Shown here: piece by piece, positions 9,737-20,088 of the stretch
Layout of the letters: every line of letters starts with the position of its first letter
How positions within the stretch are numbered: position 1 is the first letter of the stretch
Assembly (NCBI GenBank): GCA_964402985.1
Contig: CAYOET010000132.1
Coordinates: 1-41,804 of the forward strand
DNA: 41,804 nucleotides
Reading direction: 5' to 3'
Source of the DNA: an uncultured Bauldia sp.
GTDB taxonomy: Bacteria; Pseudomonadota; Alphaproteobacteria; Rhizobiales; Kaistiaceae
The notes under the pieces: generated by a model
What the model saw: the letters and a program-made list of their open reading frames with translations, nothing else
Told to the model about the DNA's origin: nothing
The model's database searches: none
Translations under genes and position numbers: made by a program

Positions 9737-9765
9737 CTTGTTGCCGGGGGACCCAAGCCCCATAT
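9737..9765 (+). promoter_or_regulatory. sigma-32 (RpoH)-like promoter upstream of the BI-1/YccA gene
   Basis: CTTGTT-N15-CCCCATAT compared with the heat-shock consensus CTTGAA-N13-15-CCCCATNT. It lies about 65 nt upstream of the ATG at 9830. Confidence 0.4.
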
Positions 9766-9829
9766 TCCCGATAGTTCCGCTAGGCCCCCCATTTTGGGCA
9801 GGGCCGTCCGGTCGTGAGGGAAGAAACTG

Positions 9830-10585
9830 ATGACGAACTACGACAACCAGGCGCGCTACGGTTCCGTTCCGCGCACCGATGTCGGGGTCATTGACGAGGG
9901 CCTGCGGGCCCACATGGTCCGCGTCTACAACTACATGGCTTCCGGCCTGCTGCTGACCGCGGCTCTGGCCTGGGGGACGTTCAAGCTCGCGTTCGTCGAG
10001 ACGGACGGTGTGTTGATGCCCACCCAGATCGGCATGACCCTTTTCGGTTCGCCCCTGGTCTGGGCGATCATCTTTGCGCCGCTGGCTCTGGTGTTCTTCC
10101 TGAGCTTCCGCATCCAGCACATGAGCGTAAGTGCCGCGCAGACCACCTTCTGGGTCTATGCGGGCCTGGTAGGCGTATCGCTGGCGACGATCTTCGCGGT
10201 TTACGAGCTGGGCAGCATCTTCCAGGTGTTCGCGATCACCGCCGCCATGTTCGGCGCGATGAGCCTCTGGGGTTACACGACCAAGCGTGACCTGACCGGC
10301 CTGGGCAGCTTCCTGTTCATGGGCCTGATCGGCATCGTCATCGCATCGATCGTGAACATCTTCCTCGGCTCGGATGCGATCGGCTGGATCGTGTCGGTGC
10401 TCGGCGTGGTGATCTTCACCGGCCTCACCGCCTACGACACCCAGAAGATCAAGGAGCAGTACTATGTCGGTGACGACGGTACCGCCACCGGCCGGAAGGC
10501 GATCATGGGCGCTCTGTCGCTCTACCTCGACTTCCTGAACCTCTTCCTGATGCTCCTCCGCCTCTTCGGCAATCAGCGCGACTAA
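9830..10585 (+). CDS. Bax inhibitor-1 / YccA family membrane protein
   Basis: 251 aa, 7 predicted TM helices. N-terminal LRAHMVRVYNYMASGLLLTA and C-terminal LYLDFLNLFLMLLRLFG are typical of BI-1/YccA. Confidence 0.85.
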   Translation: MTNYDNQARYGSVPRTDVGVIDEGLRAHMVRVYNYMASGLLLTAALAWGTFKLAFVETDGVLMPTQIGMTLFGSPLVWAIIFAPLALVFFLSFRIQHMSVSAAQTTFWVYAGLVGVSLATIFAVYELGSIFQVFAITAAMFGAMSLWGYTTKRDLTGLGSFLFMGLIGIVIASIVNIFLGSDAIGWIVSVLGVVIFTGLTAYDTQKIKEQYYVGDDGTATGRKAIMGALSLYLDFLNLFLMLLRLFGNQRD

Positions 10586-10612
10586 GACGAGGACCATCAT
10601 CGGAAATTCGAA

Positions 10613-10643
10613 GGGCGCGGCTCACCCCGCGCCCTTTTTCTTT
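10613..10643 (+). terminator. Rho-independent terminator after the BI-1 gene
   Basis: GGGCGCGG-CTCACC-CCGCGCCC followed by TTTTTCTTT. Confidence 0.7.
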
Positions 10644-10657
10644 GCTCTCCCGAGCGC

Positions 10658-11044
10658 TCAGGCCGTGACCAGGCTCAGCCCCTTGTCGAGCACCCGCAGC
10701 ACCCGCGCGAGATCCTGCCCGCGCTTCATGATCAGCCCGCCGGCGGCGACCACGCTGAACGCGCCCTGCTTCCGCGCCAGTTCCGGCTGCTTGACCACCC
10801 GGAACATCGGCACCTCGGAGGCGCGCCGGTAGATCGAGAACACCGCCTGGTCGGGGAGGAGGTCGATCGCGTAATCGCGCCACTCGCCGCTCGCGACCTT
10901 GCGGCCGTAGAGTTTCAGAATCGCGTTGAGCTCGGGCCGGGTGAACGTGACCGGCAGGGCGACCGGGCGCTGCTGGCTTCCGGCGGCGCGGCCGATTGAA
11001 ACTGCCCCGCCGCCGAATCGTTCGATATCTTCGCCCTCGCGCAT
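10658..11044 (-). CDS. DUF2794 family protein
   Basis: 128 aa. The FTRPELNAILKLYGRKVASGEWRDYAID...FSIYRR pattern matches the alphaproteobacterial DUF2794 family as I remember it. Confidence 0.65.
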   Translation of the reverse strand: MREGEDIERFGGGAVSIGRAAGSQQRPVALPVTFTRPELNAILKLYGRKVASGEWRDYAIDLLPDQAVFSIYRRASEVPMFRVVKQPELARKQGAFSVVAAGGLIMKRGQDLARVLRVLDKGLSLVTA

Positions 11045-11192
11045 CTCAGCCCTTTCGTCATGACCCCGTCATGATCCGCCCGCCGCCTGACTCTGGCAAC
11101 CCCTCGTTCTGTATCCGTCTGCAAGATTCCTTGATTCCGCCATTATCCGGCCCTGCCTCAGCCACGGACCGAAACCAGTATCCTCGCGTTGC

Positions 11193-11339
11193 CTCAGACG
11201 GTCCGGTTTGGTGGTGGCTTCCGGTAATCTCAGCCCCCCAGCCCCCCGGAACTTCATCGCCGAACCGGACCACCTTCTGAGCAAATGGTTCGACCCCAAA
11301 AGGTTGATCTGAAGGCCGGTTCCCTGCCGGCCTTTTTTT
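11193..11339 (+). ncRNA. candidate structured small RNA: ~89-nt imperfect hairpin plus intrinsic terminator (identity unknown)
   Basis: Stacked helices run from 11193-11224 against 11246-11281: CTCAGA/TCTGAG, GGTCCGGTTTGG/CCGAACCGGACC, TTCCGG/CCGGAA. A terminator GGCCGG-TTCCCTG-CCGGCC + T7 follows at 11314-11339. No coding ORF with a believable product lies here, and no convincing promoter was found. Confidence 0.3.
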
Positions 11340-11383
11340 GTGCCGCCGGGCCGGCGCACCATTGGCCGACCCATCGGAGCTGG

Positions 11384-11412
11384 CTTGAAGAAAAACCGCG
11401 CGGCGGCGATAT
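11384..11412 (+). promoter_or_regulatory. sigma-32-like promoter of htpG
   Basis: CTTGAA-N14-GGCGATAT about 45 nt upstream of the htpG ATG. The -10 match to CCCCATNT is only partial. Confidence 0.35.
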
Positions 11413-11456
11413 GAGCGCCGGATTCTGCCCAACGAGGGCTCGACCGGAACCCGTTC

Positions 11457-13364
11457 ATGATCGACACCGCGCCGCCTGGCAGCGAGACCCGCTCCTTCGA
11501 TGCCGAGGTCTCCCGCCTCCTGCACCTGATGGTGCATTCGGTCTACTCCAACCCCGACGTCTTCCTCCGTGAGCTGATCTCCAACGCCGCCGACGCCTGT
11601 GAGCGGCTGCGCACCCTCGCTTTGGAGAAGCCCGAGCTGGTCGGCGAGGACGCCGCCTTCAAGGTCCGCCTGATCCCCGACCGGAAGGCCGGCCGCCTGA
11701 CCGTCGAGGACAACGGCGTCGGCATGGACCGCCCGGATCTGGTCGACAATCTCGGCACCATCGCCCGCTCCGGCACCAAGGCCTTCCTCGACGGCCTCGG
11801 CAGGGGCAGCGAGGGCAGCTCGCTGATCGGCCAGTTCGGCGTCGGGTTCTACTCTGCTTTCATGGTCGCCGACCGGGTCGACGTCTTCACCGTCCCCGCC
11901 CTCAAGCCCGGCGAGGCCTGGCACTGGTCCTCCGACGGCAAAGGCACCTTCACCGTTGAGCCCGCCGACCCCGCGGCCGCGCCGAAACGCGGCACGCGCA
12001 TCGTCCTCCACCTCTCCGAGACCGGCCGCGACTACGCCGACTCCCACACGCTGGAGCGCGTCGTCGCCGAATACTCGGCTCACGTCACCGTGCCGATCGT
12101 CCTCCAGCTCGAGGACGGCGCGACCGACAAGACCCTTGCCGACGGCACCGCGCTCTGGCGCCTCCCCAAGAGCGCCGTGAAGCCCGGGGACTACGCCGCC
12201 CTCTACCGCCACATCGCGGGCGATGGCCACATCGCGGGCGATTTCGACGAGCCTGCCCTCACCCTTCACTACCGGGCCGAGGGCCGCAGCGAATACTCCG
12301 TCCTCCTCTTCGTCCCCGGCGAGAAGCCGCTCGACCTCTTCGGCCCAGAACGCCGCGGGCGCCTCAAGCTCTATGTCCGCCGCGTCTTCATCACCGACGA
12401 GGCTGACATCCTTCCGCCGTGGCTGCGCTTCGTGCGCGGCGTGATCGACTCCGAGGATCTGCCGCTCAACCTCTCGCGCGAGATGCTGCAGAAGGACCCC
12501 GCCCTCGCCGCCATCGGCAAGGCGGTGACCACGCGCCTCCTCGCCGAGCTGGAGAAGACCGCCAAGGACCAGCCCGAGACCTTCGCCACGATCTGGGAAG
12601 CCTTCGCCGCGGTGATCAAGGAGGGCCTCTACGAGGACCCCGCGCGCCGCGACACGCTCTTCAAGCTCGCCCGCTTCCGCACCACCGCCGGCGACGGCTG
12701 GCGTTCGCTCGGCGACTATCTCGCCGCGCTGAAACCCAACCAGACCGCCATCTATTACGCGCTAGGAGACAGCCAGGCCGCCATCAAATCGAGCCCGCAG
12801 CTCGAGGGCTACCGCCGCCGCGGCGTCGAGGTGCTGCTGCTCAGCGACCCGATCGACGCCTTCTGGGTGCGCACTTCGCTCGGCGTCGAGGGCAAGCCCT
12901 TCAAGTCGGTGACCCAGGGCGCCGCCGACCTCTCGCTTCTCAGCGGGGCCGACGACAAGGCCGACGCCGGCAACCGCGCCGCGATCGCCACCCTCGCCGC
13001 CCGCTTCGCGACCGCGCTCGGCGACCGTGTCTCGGCGGTGACCCTCTCCGAACGCCTGACCGACAGCCCGGTCTGCCTCGTCGCCGCGGAGGCCGGGCTC
13101 GACCGCCAGCTCGAGCGCCTCCTCGCCCGCCAGGGCGACAAGGCCGATCGCGCCAAGCCCGTCCTCGAGATCAATCCCGCCAGCAAGCTGATCGCCGACC
13201 TCGCCGACCGACTTCGCAGCGCCCCGGCGTCCCCGCTCCTCGACGATGCCGCGCTCATGCTCTACGCCGAGGCTTGCATCCTCGACGGCGAGGTCCCTGC
13301 CGATGCCGCCGAATTCAGCCGCGGCCTCGACCGTCTGATCGAGGCAGCCCTCAAGGCGGGTTGA
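11457..13364 (+). CDS. htpG: molecular chaperone HtpG (Hsp90)
   Basis: 635 aa with FLRELISNAADA, GQFGVGFYSAFMVAD and Hsp90 middle and C-terminal domains. Confidence 0.95.
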   Translation: MIDTAPPGSETRSFDAEVSRLLHLMVHSVYSNPDVFLRELISNAADACERLRTLALEKPELVGEDAAFKVRLIPDRKAGRLTVEDNGVGMDRPDLVDNLGTIARSGTKAFLDGLGRGSEGSSLIGQFGVGFYSAFMVADRVDVFTVPALKPGEAWHWSSDGKGTFTVEPADPAAAPKRGTRIVLHLSETGRDYADSHTLERVVAEYSAHVTVPIVLQLEDGATDKTLADGTALWRLPKSAVKPGDYAALYRHIAGDGHIAGDFDEPALTLHYRAEGRSEYSVLLFVPGEKPLDLFGPERRGRLKLYVRRVFITDEADILPPWLRFVRGVIDSEDLPLNLSREMLQKDPALAAIGKAVTTRLLAELEKTAKDQPETFATIWEAFAAVIKEGLYEDPARRDTLFKLARFRTTAGDGWRSLGDYLAALKPNQTAIYYALGDSQAAIKSSPQLEGYRRRGVEVLLLSDPIDAFWVRTSLGVEGKPFKSVTQGAADLSLLSGADDKADAGNRAAIATLAARFATALGDRVSAVTLSERLTDSPVCLVAAEAGLDRQLERLLARQGDKADRAKPVLEINPASKLIADLADRLRSAPASPLLDDAALMLYAEACILDGEVPADAAEFSRGLDRLIEAALKAG

Positions 13365-13371
13365 CTTCGGA

Positions 13372-14151
13372 CTAGCGAGCGGTGATGGCGTAGCCGCCGT
13401 GCGGGGTCAGCGCCGTCGCCCCGATGATGCGCCCGGGGGTGCCGTCGCGCGCTTCCTGCTGCAGGAGGATGGCGCAGCCGTCGGCGCCCGCCTCGCGCAG
13501 CATGCTGAGCGGGATCTCGATCGACATCGCCTGCCCCCGCCACATCGCCACCCGGTGCATCGTGCGCACCACGTTGTGGTAGCTGAGCGTGCGCCCGCGG
13601 TTCTCGCCCGCCCCGATCGCGACCGATTCGTAGCGGTCGAACGCGGCCAGCCACACGCTCGCCGTGCTCGCGTCGTCGCTCGGCGAACTGCCGATCCTGA
13701 CGCGGAGGGCGTCCGCCATGATCGACATGTTGACCTGCACCGGCAACCCGAAACTGCCCGAGGTCGACAGCACCATGAAGTCGATCTCTTCCTTGACGCT
13801 GCCGTCGATCGCGACCTGACCGTTGACCACGATCTGCGGCGTGGCGAGGCCCATCCCTCCGAGACCGTTCGAATAGGCCTGCTGGCGGACGGTGAATTCG
13901 TGCCGGGCCAGCGTGTCGCGCCAGCCGCGGAAATCCCAGTAGTCGATCGGGAAGGTCAGGACGACATAGTCGCCCTCCTCGATGTAGTGCTCGGCCAGGG
14001 CGTCGGCCGCAGGACAGCTGCCGCAGCCCTGGCTGGTGAACAGCTCGAGGACGGCGGTGGTCTGCGCCTGCGAGGGTGTCGGGAGGACCGAGAGGATCAG
14101 CCCGCCAATGCCCGTCGCGACGCTGATTCTTCGTAGCCAGCCGCCGGCCAT
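13372..14151 (-). CDS. DUF1223 thioredoxin-fold secreted protein
   Basis: ORF 13372..14370, start taken at MAGGWLRRISVATGIGGLI (14151). ELFTSQGCGSCPAAD is the DUF1223 hallmark. Confidence 0.7.
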   Translation of the reverse strand: MAGGWLRRISVATGIGGLILSVLPTPSQAQTTAVLELFTSQGCGSCPAADALAEHYIEEGDYVVLTFPIDYWDFRGWRDTLARHEFTVRQQAYSNGLGGMGLATPQIVVNGQVAIDGSVKEEIDFMVLSTSGSFGLPVQVNMSIMADALRVRIGSSPSDDASTASVWLAAFDRYESVAIGAGENRGRTLSYHNVVRTMHRVAMWRGQAMSIEIPLSMLREAGADGCAILLQQEARDGTPGRIIGATALTPHGGYAITAR

Positions 14152-14378
14152 CGGCAGGAATCCAGTAGATATTTCAAGGGGTGGCGCGGGTTCGCTGCGC
14201 CGTCCTGAAAAGCCTAGGATTCCCCCCACCCCGTGGCGAGTCACGTTCGGTTGAGACGGTAACCCTTTTGATACCGTATCGGCGCGCGCCGGGCGGCGGG
14301 AACCCACGCTGGGCATCAAAGTCCCGCGCGCGGCGGCGAGGCGAGACGGGGGCCCTTCCTCACGCGCCATTTATCAAC

Positions 14379-17075
<2,697 letters not shown>

Positions 17076-17336
17076 CCTTTAGCGATCGTCTGTATCCGGA
17101 CCGGCCTGCCGCAAGGTGCAATAGCCGTTTGCTCTCAATCCCTTAGCGTGCCCGATTGACGCCAGAACTGCCACGCTCGGGCTCGTGGCCGCGTTTATGA
17201 GGCCGCCGGCCCGGCCCGGCAACGACAATCGGACAGGCCAGCCGTGCAATTTGTTGCCCCGCGTCCCCCGAATGCGCTACGGGACGCGCCAACCAAAGCC
17301 CCGCCGGGGCGGCTCCTCTCGACCAGGCCCGCGTCC

Positions 17337-17936
17337 ATGCAGCTCGCCGCCACAGACCTTGCAGTCGAGCGCGCCGGGCGGCGCGTCCTCAGCGACATTT
17401 CGTTTCGCGTGAGCAGCGGCGAACTCCTGACCGTGACCGGCCCGAATGGGGCCGGCAAGTCGACCCTCCTCCGCGCCGTCGCGGGCCTGCTCCGTCCGGT
17501 CTCGGGCAAGATCACGATCGACCCCGCCCCGGACGGCCCCCGCGGTCTGGCGATGCATTATTTCGGCCATCTCGACGCGCTGAAGTCCGCCGAGACCGTG
17601 ATCGCCAACCTTGCCTTCTGGCAGCGGCTCTACGGCGCGACCGGGATCGCCCCCAACGATGCCCTCGACCGGGTCGGCATCGAGACCCTCGAGGACCTCC
17701 CTGCCTCGTACCTATCCGCCGGCCAGCGCCGCCGTCTCGCCATCGCCCGTTTGCTTGTCAGCCATCGCCCGGTCTGGCTCCTCGACGAGCCGACCGCCTC
17801 CCTCGACGCGGCCTCCGACAAGATGATGGGGGGACTCATCGCCGAGCACCTCGCGAGCGGCGGCATCGCCCTCGCCGCCAGCCACCTCCCGCTGGCCGTC
17901 GCCGCCAGCGCCACCCTCGCCCTGGGCCGGGCATGA
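17337..17936 (+). CDS. ccmA: cytochrome c maturation heme exporter, ATP-binding subunit
   Basis: ORF 17244..17936, start taken at MQLAATDLAVER. Walker A GPNGAGKST, LSAGQRRR and LLDEPT are present, followed by ccmBCDG. Confidence 0.85.
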   Translation: MQLAATDLAVERAGRRVLSDISFRVSSGELLTVTGPNGAGKSTLLRAVAGLLRPVSGKITIDPAPDGPRGLAMHYFGHLDALKSAETVIANLAFWQRLYGATGIAPNDALDRVGIETLEDLPASYLSAGQRRRLAIARLLVSHRPVWLLDEPTASLDAASDKMMGGLIAEHLASGGIALAASHLPLAVAASATLALGRA

Positions 17937-18016
17937 GAAGCTCGTCCGCCCGTCCACTGCGTTTGATCGCCGCCCATCCGCAAAACGCTCCTCGCCGCGA
18001 GCCGGCCGCCAACCTG

Positions 18017-18150
18017 CCCCTTCTCCCCGGTGGGGAGCAGGTTGGGATGAGGGGCCCCCACGCTTGCCGAAGTATCCGCCGCTACTCGCGCGCTATCCGG
18101 ATGGGGCGGAGCCCCCTCACCCTAACCCTCTCCCCGCCGGGGAGAGGGGA
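18017..18150. repeat. composite palindromic MITE/REP-like element, copy A (~134 bp)
   Basis: Left arm CCCCTTCTCCCCGGTGGGGAGCAGGTTGGGATGAGGGGCCCCC. Central TATCCGGAT. Right arm CCCCCTCACCCTAACCCTCTCCCCGCCGGGGAGAGGGGA, the inverted counterpart of the left arm. Confidence 0.75.
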
Positions 18151-18254
18151 CGCGCTCCTTTCTGGATGGTCACGTCGAGGAGCACAGGGCCGCGCGATGG
18201 CCAGGCTCCTCCCCTCCCCGTCTAAGGCGCTCACCTCTCCCCGGAGGTCGCTCT

Positions 18255-18393
18255 CCTCTCCCCGGGGGGGAGAGGTCCGACCGAAGGGAGGGGTGAGGGG
18301 GCACCACCTCGGGAAGTTCGCTCCATCTAGGCGCCTCCACGGGCCAGCGTGGTACCCCCTCACCCTAACCCTCTCCCCCCCGGGGAGAGGGGA
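18255..18393. repeat. composite palindromic MITE/REP-like element, copy B (~139 bp)
   Basis: Left arm CCTCTCCCCGGGGGGGAGAGGTCCGACCGAAGGGAGGGGTGAGGGGGC. The right arm CCCCCTCACCCTAACCCTCTCCCCCCCGGGGAGAGGGGA differs by 1 nt from the right arm of copy A, and similarity continues to about 18410. Confidence 0.75.
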
Positions 18394-18441
18394 CGCGTTC
18401 ATTTCTGGATCGGGTGATCCGGCGGCGAGCAACGGCCGCGC

Positions 18442-19110
18442 ATGAGCGCCTTCGCCGCGCTCCTCGTTCGCACGATCGGCCTGTCGTTGAAGGTCGGCGG
18501 CGGAGCGTTGACCGGGCTCCTTTTCTTCCTCGCCACCGTCTCGGTCTTCCCCTTCGGCGTTGGCCCCGACCTCAATCTCCTGGCGCGCATCGGCCCGGCC
18601 ATACTCTGGATCACCGCCCTCCTCGCCACTCTTCTTGGTCTAGATCGCCTGTTCCAGGACGACCGCGACGACGGCTCGCTCGACCTCCTCGTCCTCGCCC
18701 CCCTCGCCCTCGAGCTTCAGGTCCTCGCCAAGGCCATCGGCCACTGGGTCGCGACCGGCCTGCCGTTGGTCGTCATCGCGCCGCTCCTCGGCCTTTTCCT
18801 CAACCTCGACGGGCGCGCCCTCGGCTCGGTCACCCTCACCCTCCTCGTCGGCACCCCCGCCCTCACCCTTATCGGCACGATCGGCGCCGCGCTGATGGTC
18901 GCGCTCCGCCGGGGCGGCATGCTGATCTCCGTGCTGATCCTCCCCTTCACCATCCCCGTCCTCATCTTCGGGGTGCTGGCGACGACCTCCGTCCTTTCCG
19001 CGACCGACGAGTTCCTGCCCCCCTTCCTCTTCCTCCTCGCCCTCAACCTCTTCGCCCTCGTCGTCGCCACGATCGCCGGCGCCGCCGCGATACGGACGGC
19101 GCTGGATTAG
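18442..19110 (+). CDS. ccmB: heme exporter permease CcmB
   Basis: 222 aa, 6 TM, CcmB-like (FPFGVGPD, LLVGTPALTLIG). Confidence 0.9.
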   Translation: MSAFAALLVRTIGLSLKVGGGALTGLLFFLATVSVFPFGVGPDLNLLARIGPAILWITALLATLLGLDRLFQDDRDDGSLDLLVLAPLALELQVLAKAIGHWVATGLPLVVIAPLLGLFLNLDGRALGSVTLTLLVGTPALTLIGTIGAALMVALRRGGMLISVLILPFTIPVLIFGVLATTSVLSATDEFLPPFLFLLALNLFALVVATIAGAAAIRTALD

Positions 19111-19154
19111 GGCAATCCTTGCCCCGTGCCGGAGCGGCCGGTAGAACACCGCCC

Positions 19155-19886
19155 ATGCCGTTGATCGACCTCGCCAATCCCACCCGGTTCATGGATTTGA
19201 CCGGGAAAATCGTCCCCTTTCTCTGGGGCGCGACCGGGATCGTGGTGCTGATTGCCCTGTATTTGGGCCTTTTCATCGCCCCGGCGGACGCCGTGCAGGG
19301 CGAGGTCGCGCGCATCCTCTTCATCCATCCGCCCGCCGCATGGCTCGCCATGGCCTGCTACGGCGTGATGTCGGTCGCCGCGCTCGGCACGCTGGTCTGG
19401 CGCCATCCTCTCGCAGACGTGACCCAGAAGGCCGCCGCCCCGATCGGCGCCGCCTTCACGCTGATCGGCCTCGTCACCGGCGCGATCTGGGGCCGCCCGA
19501 CCTGGGGCACCTACTGGGTATGGGACGCGCGGCTGACTTCGTTCCTCATCCTCTTCATCATGTATCTCGGCCTCATCGCCGTCTGGCGTGCGGTCGAGGA
19601 CCCCGGTAGAGCCGCGCGCGCGGTGGCGGTGCTGACCCTCGTGGGTTCGATCAACATCCCGATCATCTATTTCTCGGTCCATTGGTGGAACACGCTCCAC
19701 CAGGGCGCCAGCCTGATCACCCCCGAGGGCACCCGCATCCACCCCGCCCTCCTCCAGGCCCTCCTCGCCATGATGCTCGGCGCGACCCTCCTCTTCGCGG
19801 CCCTGCTCATCACCTCGATGCGCACCGAGATCCTTCGCCGGAGGGTGCGTTCGCTGCGCCTCTCGGCCGCCGGCGCGGTGAGTTGA
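19155..19886 (+). CDS. ccmC: heme exporter / heme lyase component CcmC
   Basis: C-terminal 243 aa of ORF 18414..19886, starting MPLIDLANPTRF. Contains the WGTYWVWDARL tryptophan-rich motif and conserved His residues. Confidence 0.9.
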   Translation: MPLIDLANPTRFMDLTGKIVPFLWGATGIVVLIALYLGLFIAPADAVQGEVARILFIHPPAAWLAMACYGVMSVAALGTLVWRHPLADVTQKAAAPIGAAFTLIGLVTGAIWGRPTWGTYWVWDARLTSFLILFIMYLGLIAVWRAVEDPGRAARAVAVLTLVGSINIPIIYFSVHWWNTLHQGASLITPEGTRIHPALLQALLAMMLGATLLFAALLITSMRTEILRRRVRSLRLSAAGAVS

Positions 19887-19890
19887 TCCG

Positions 19891-20088
19891 ATGATCTGGG
19901 AACTGAAGAACGGCGGCTACATCCTCGCCGCCTACGGCCTCACCCTCCTCATCGTCGCGGCGCTGATCCTCTGGATCGTCCTCGACGGCCGCCGCCAGCG
20001 CCAGCACCTCAAGGAGCTCGAGGCGCGCGGCATCCGCCGCCGTTCCGACCGACGCACCGCCAAGCCAGCGGACCTTCCCAATGGTTGA
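19891..20088 (+). CDS. ccmD: heme exporter protein CcmD
   Basis: 65 aa, a single TM (YILAAYGLTLLIVAALILWIV) followed by a basic tail. Located between ccmC and ccmG. Confidence 0.8.
   Translation: MIWELKNGGYILAAYGLTLLIVAALILWIVLDGRRQRQHLKELEARGIRRRSDRRTAKPADLPNG

Noticed and set aside
11190-11285. Attempt to identify the long hairpin as SRP (4.5S) RNA, 6S RNA or a ROSE-type thermometer.
   Set aside because: It has no GGUCCGGAAGGAAGCAGC-type SRP domain IV motif on either strand. It is too short and lacks the central bubble layout I would expect for 6S. It is separated from the htpG RBS by a terminator and a promoter, so it is not a thermometer. It is kept only as an unclassified candidate.
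18017-18393. Possible CRISPR array, given repeated ~40-bp units with spacers.
   Set aside because: Only four half-units are present, in alternating orientation, with unequal spacers (52, 104 and 52 bp). Each is part of a larger inverted-repeat element and no cas genes are present. This is REP/MITE architecture, not CRISPR.
17933-18445. ORFs of 170 aa (plus strand) and 116 aa (minus strand, 18082..18432) in the ccmA-ccmB gap.
   Set aside because: They are translations of the palindromic repeats (LTLTLSPPGRGD and SPLPGGERVRVRG peptides on both strands). They have no start or RBS context, and the same peptides arise wherever the repeat occurs.
18414-19154. N-terminal extension of the ccmC ORF (490 aa) overlapping all of ccmB. 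There are similar extensions at 28886..29257, 13372..14370 (upstream part), 25673..25756 and 17244..17336.
   Set aside because: The extensions are Arg/Pro-rich and overlap a real gene in another frame. The conserved protein begins at an internal Met with a proper N-terminus or signal peptide.
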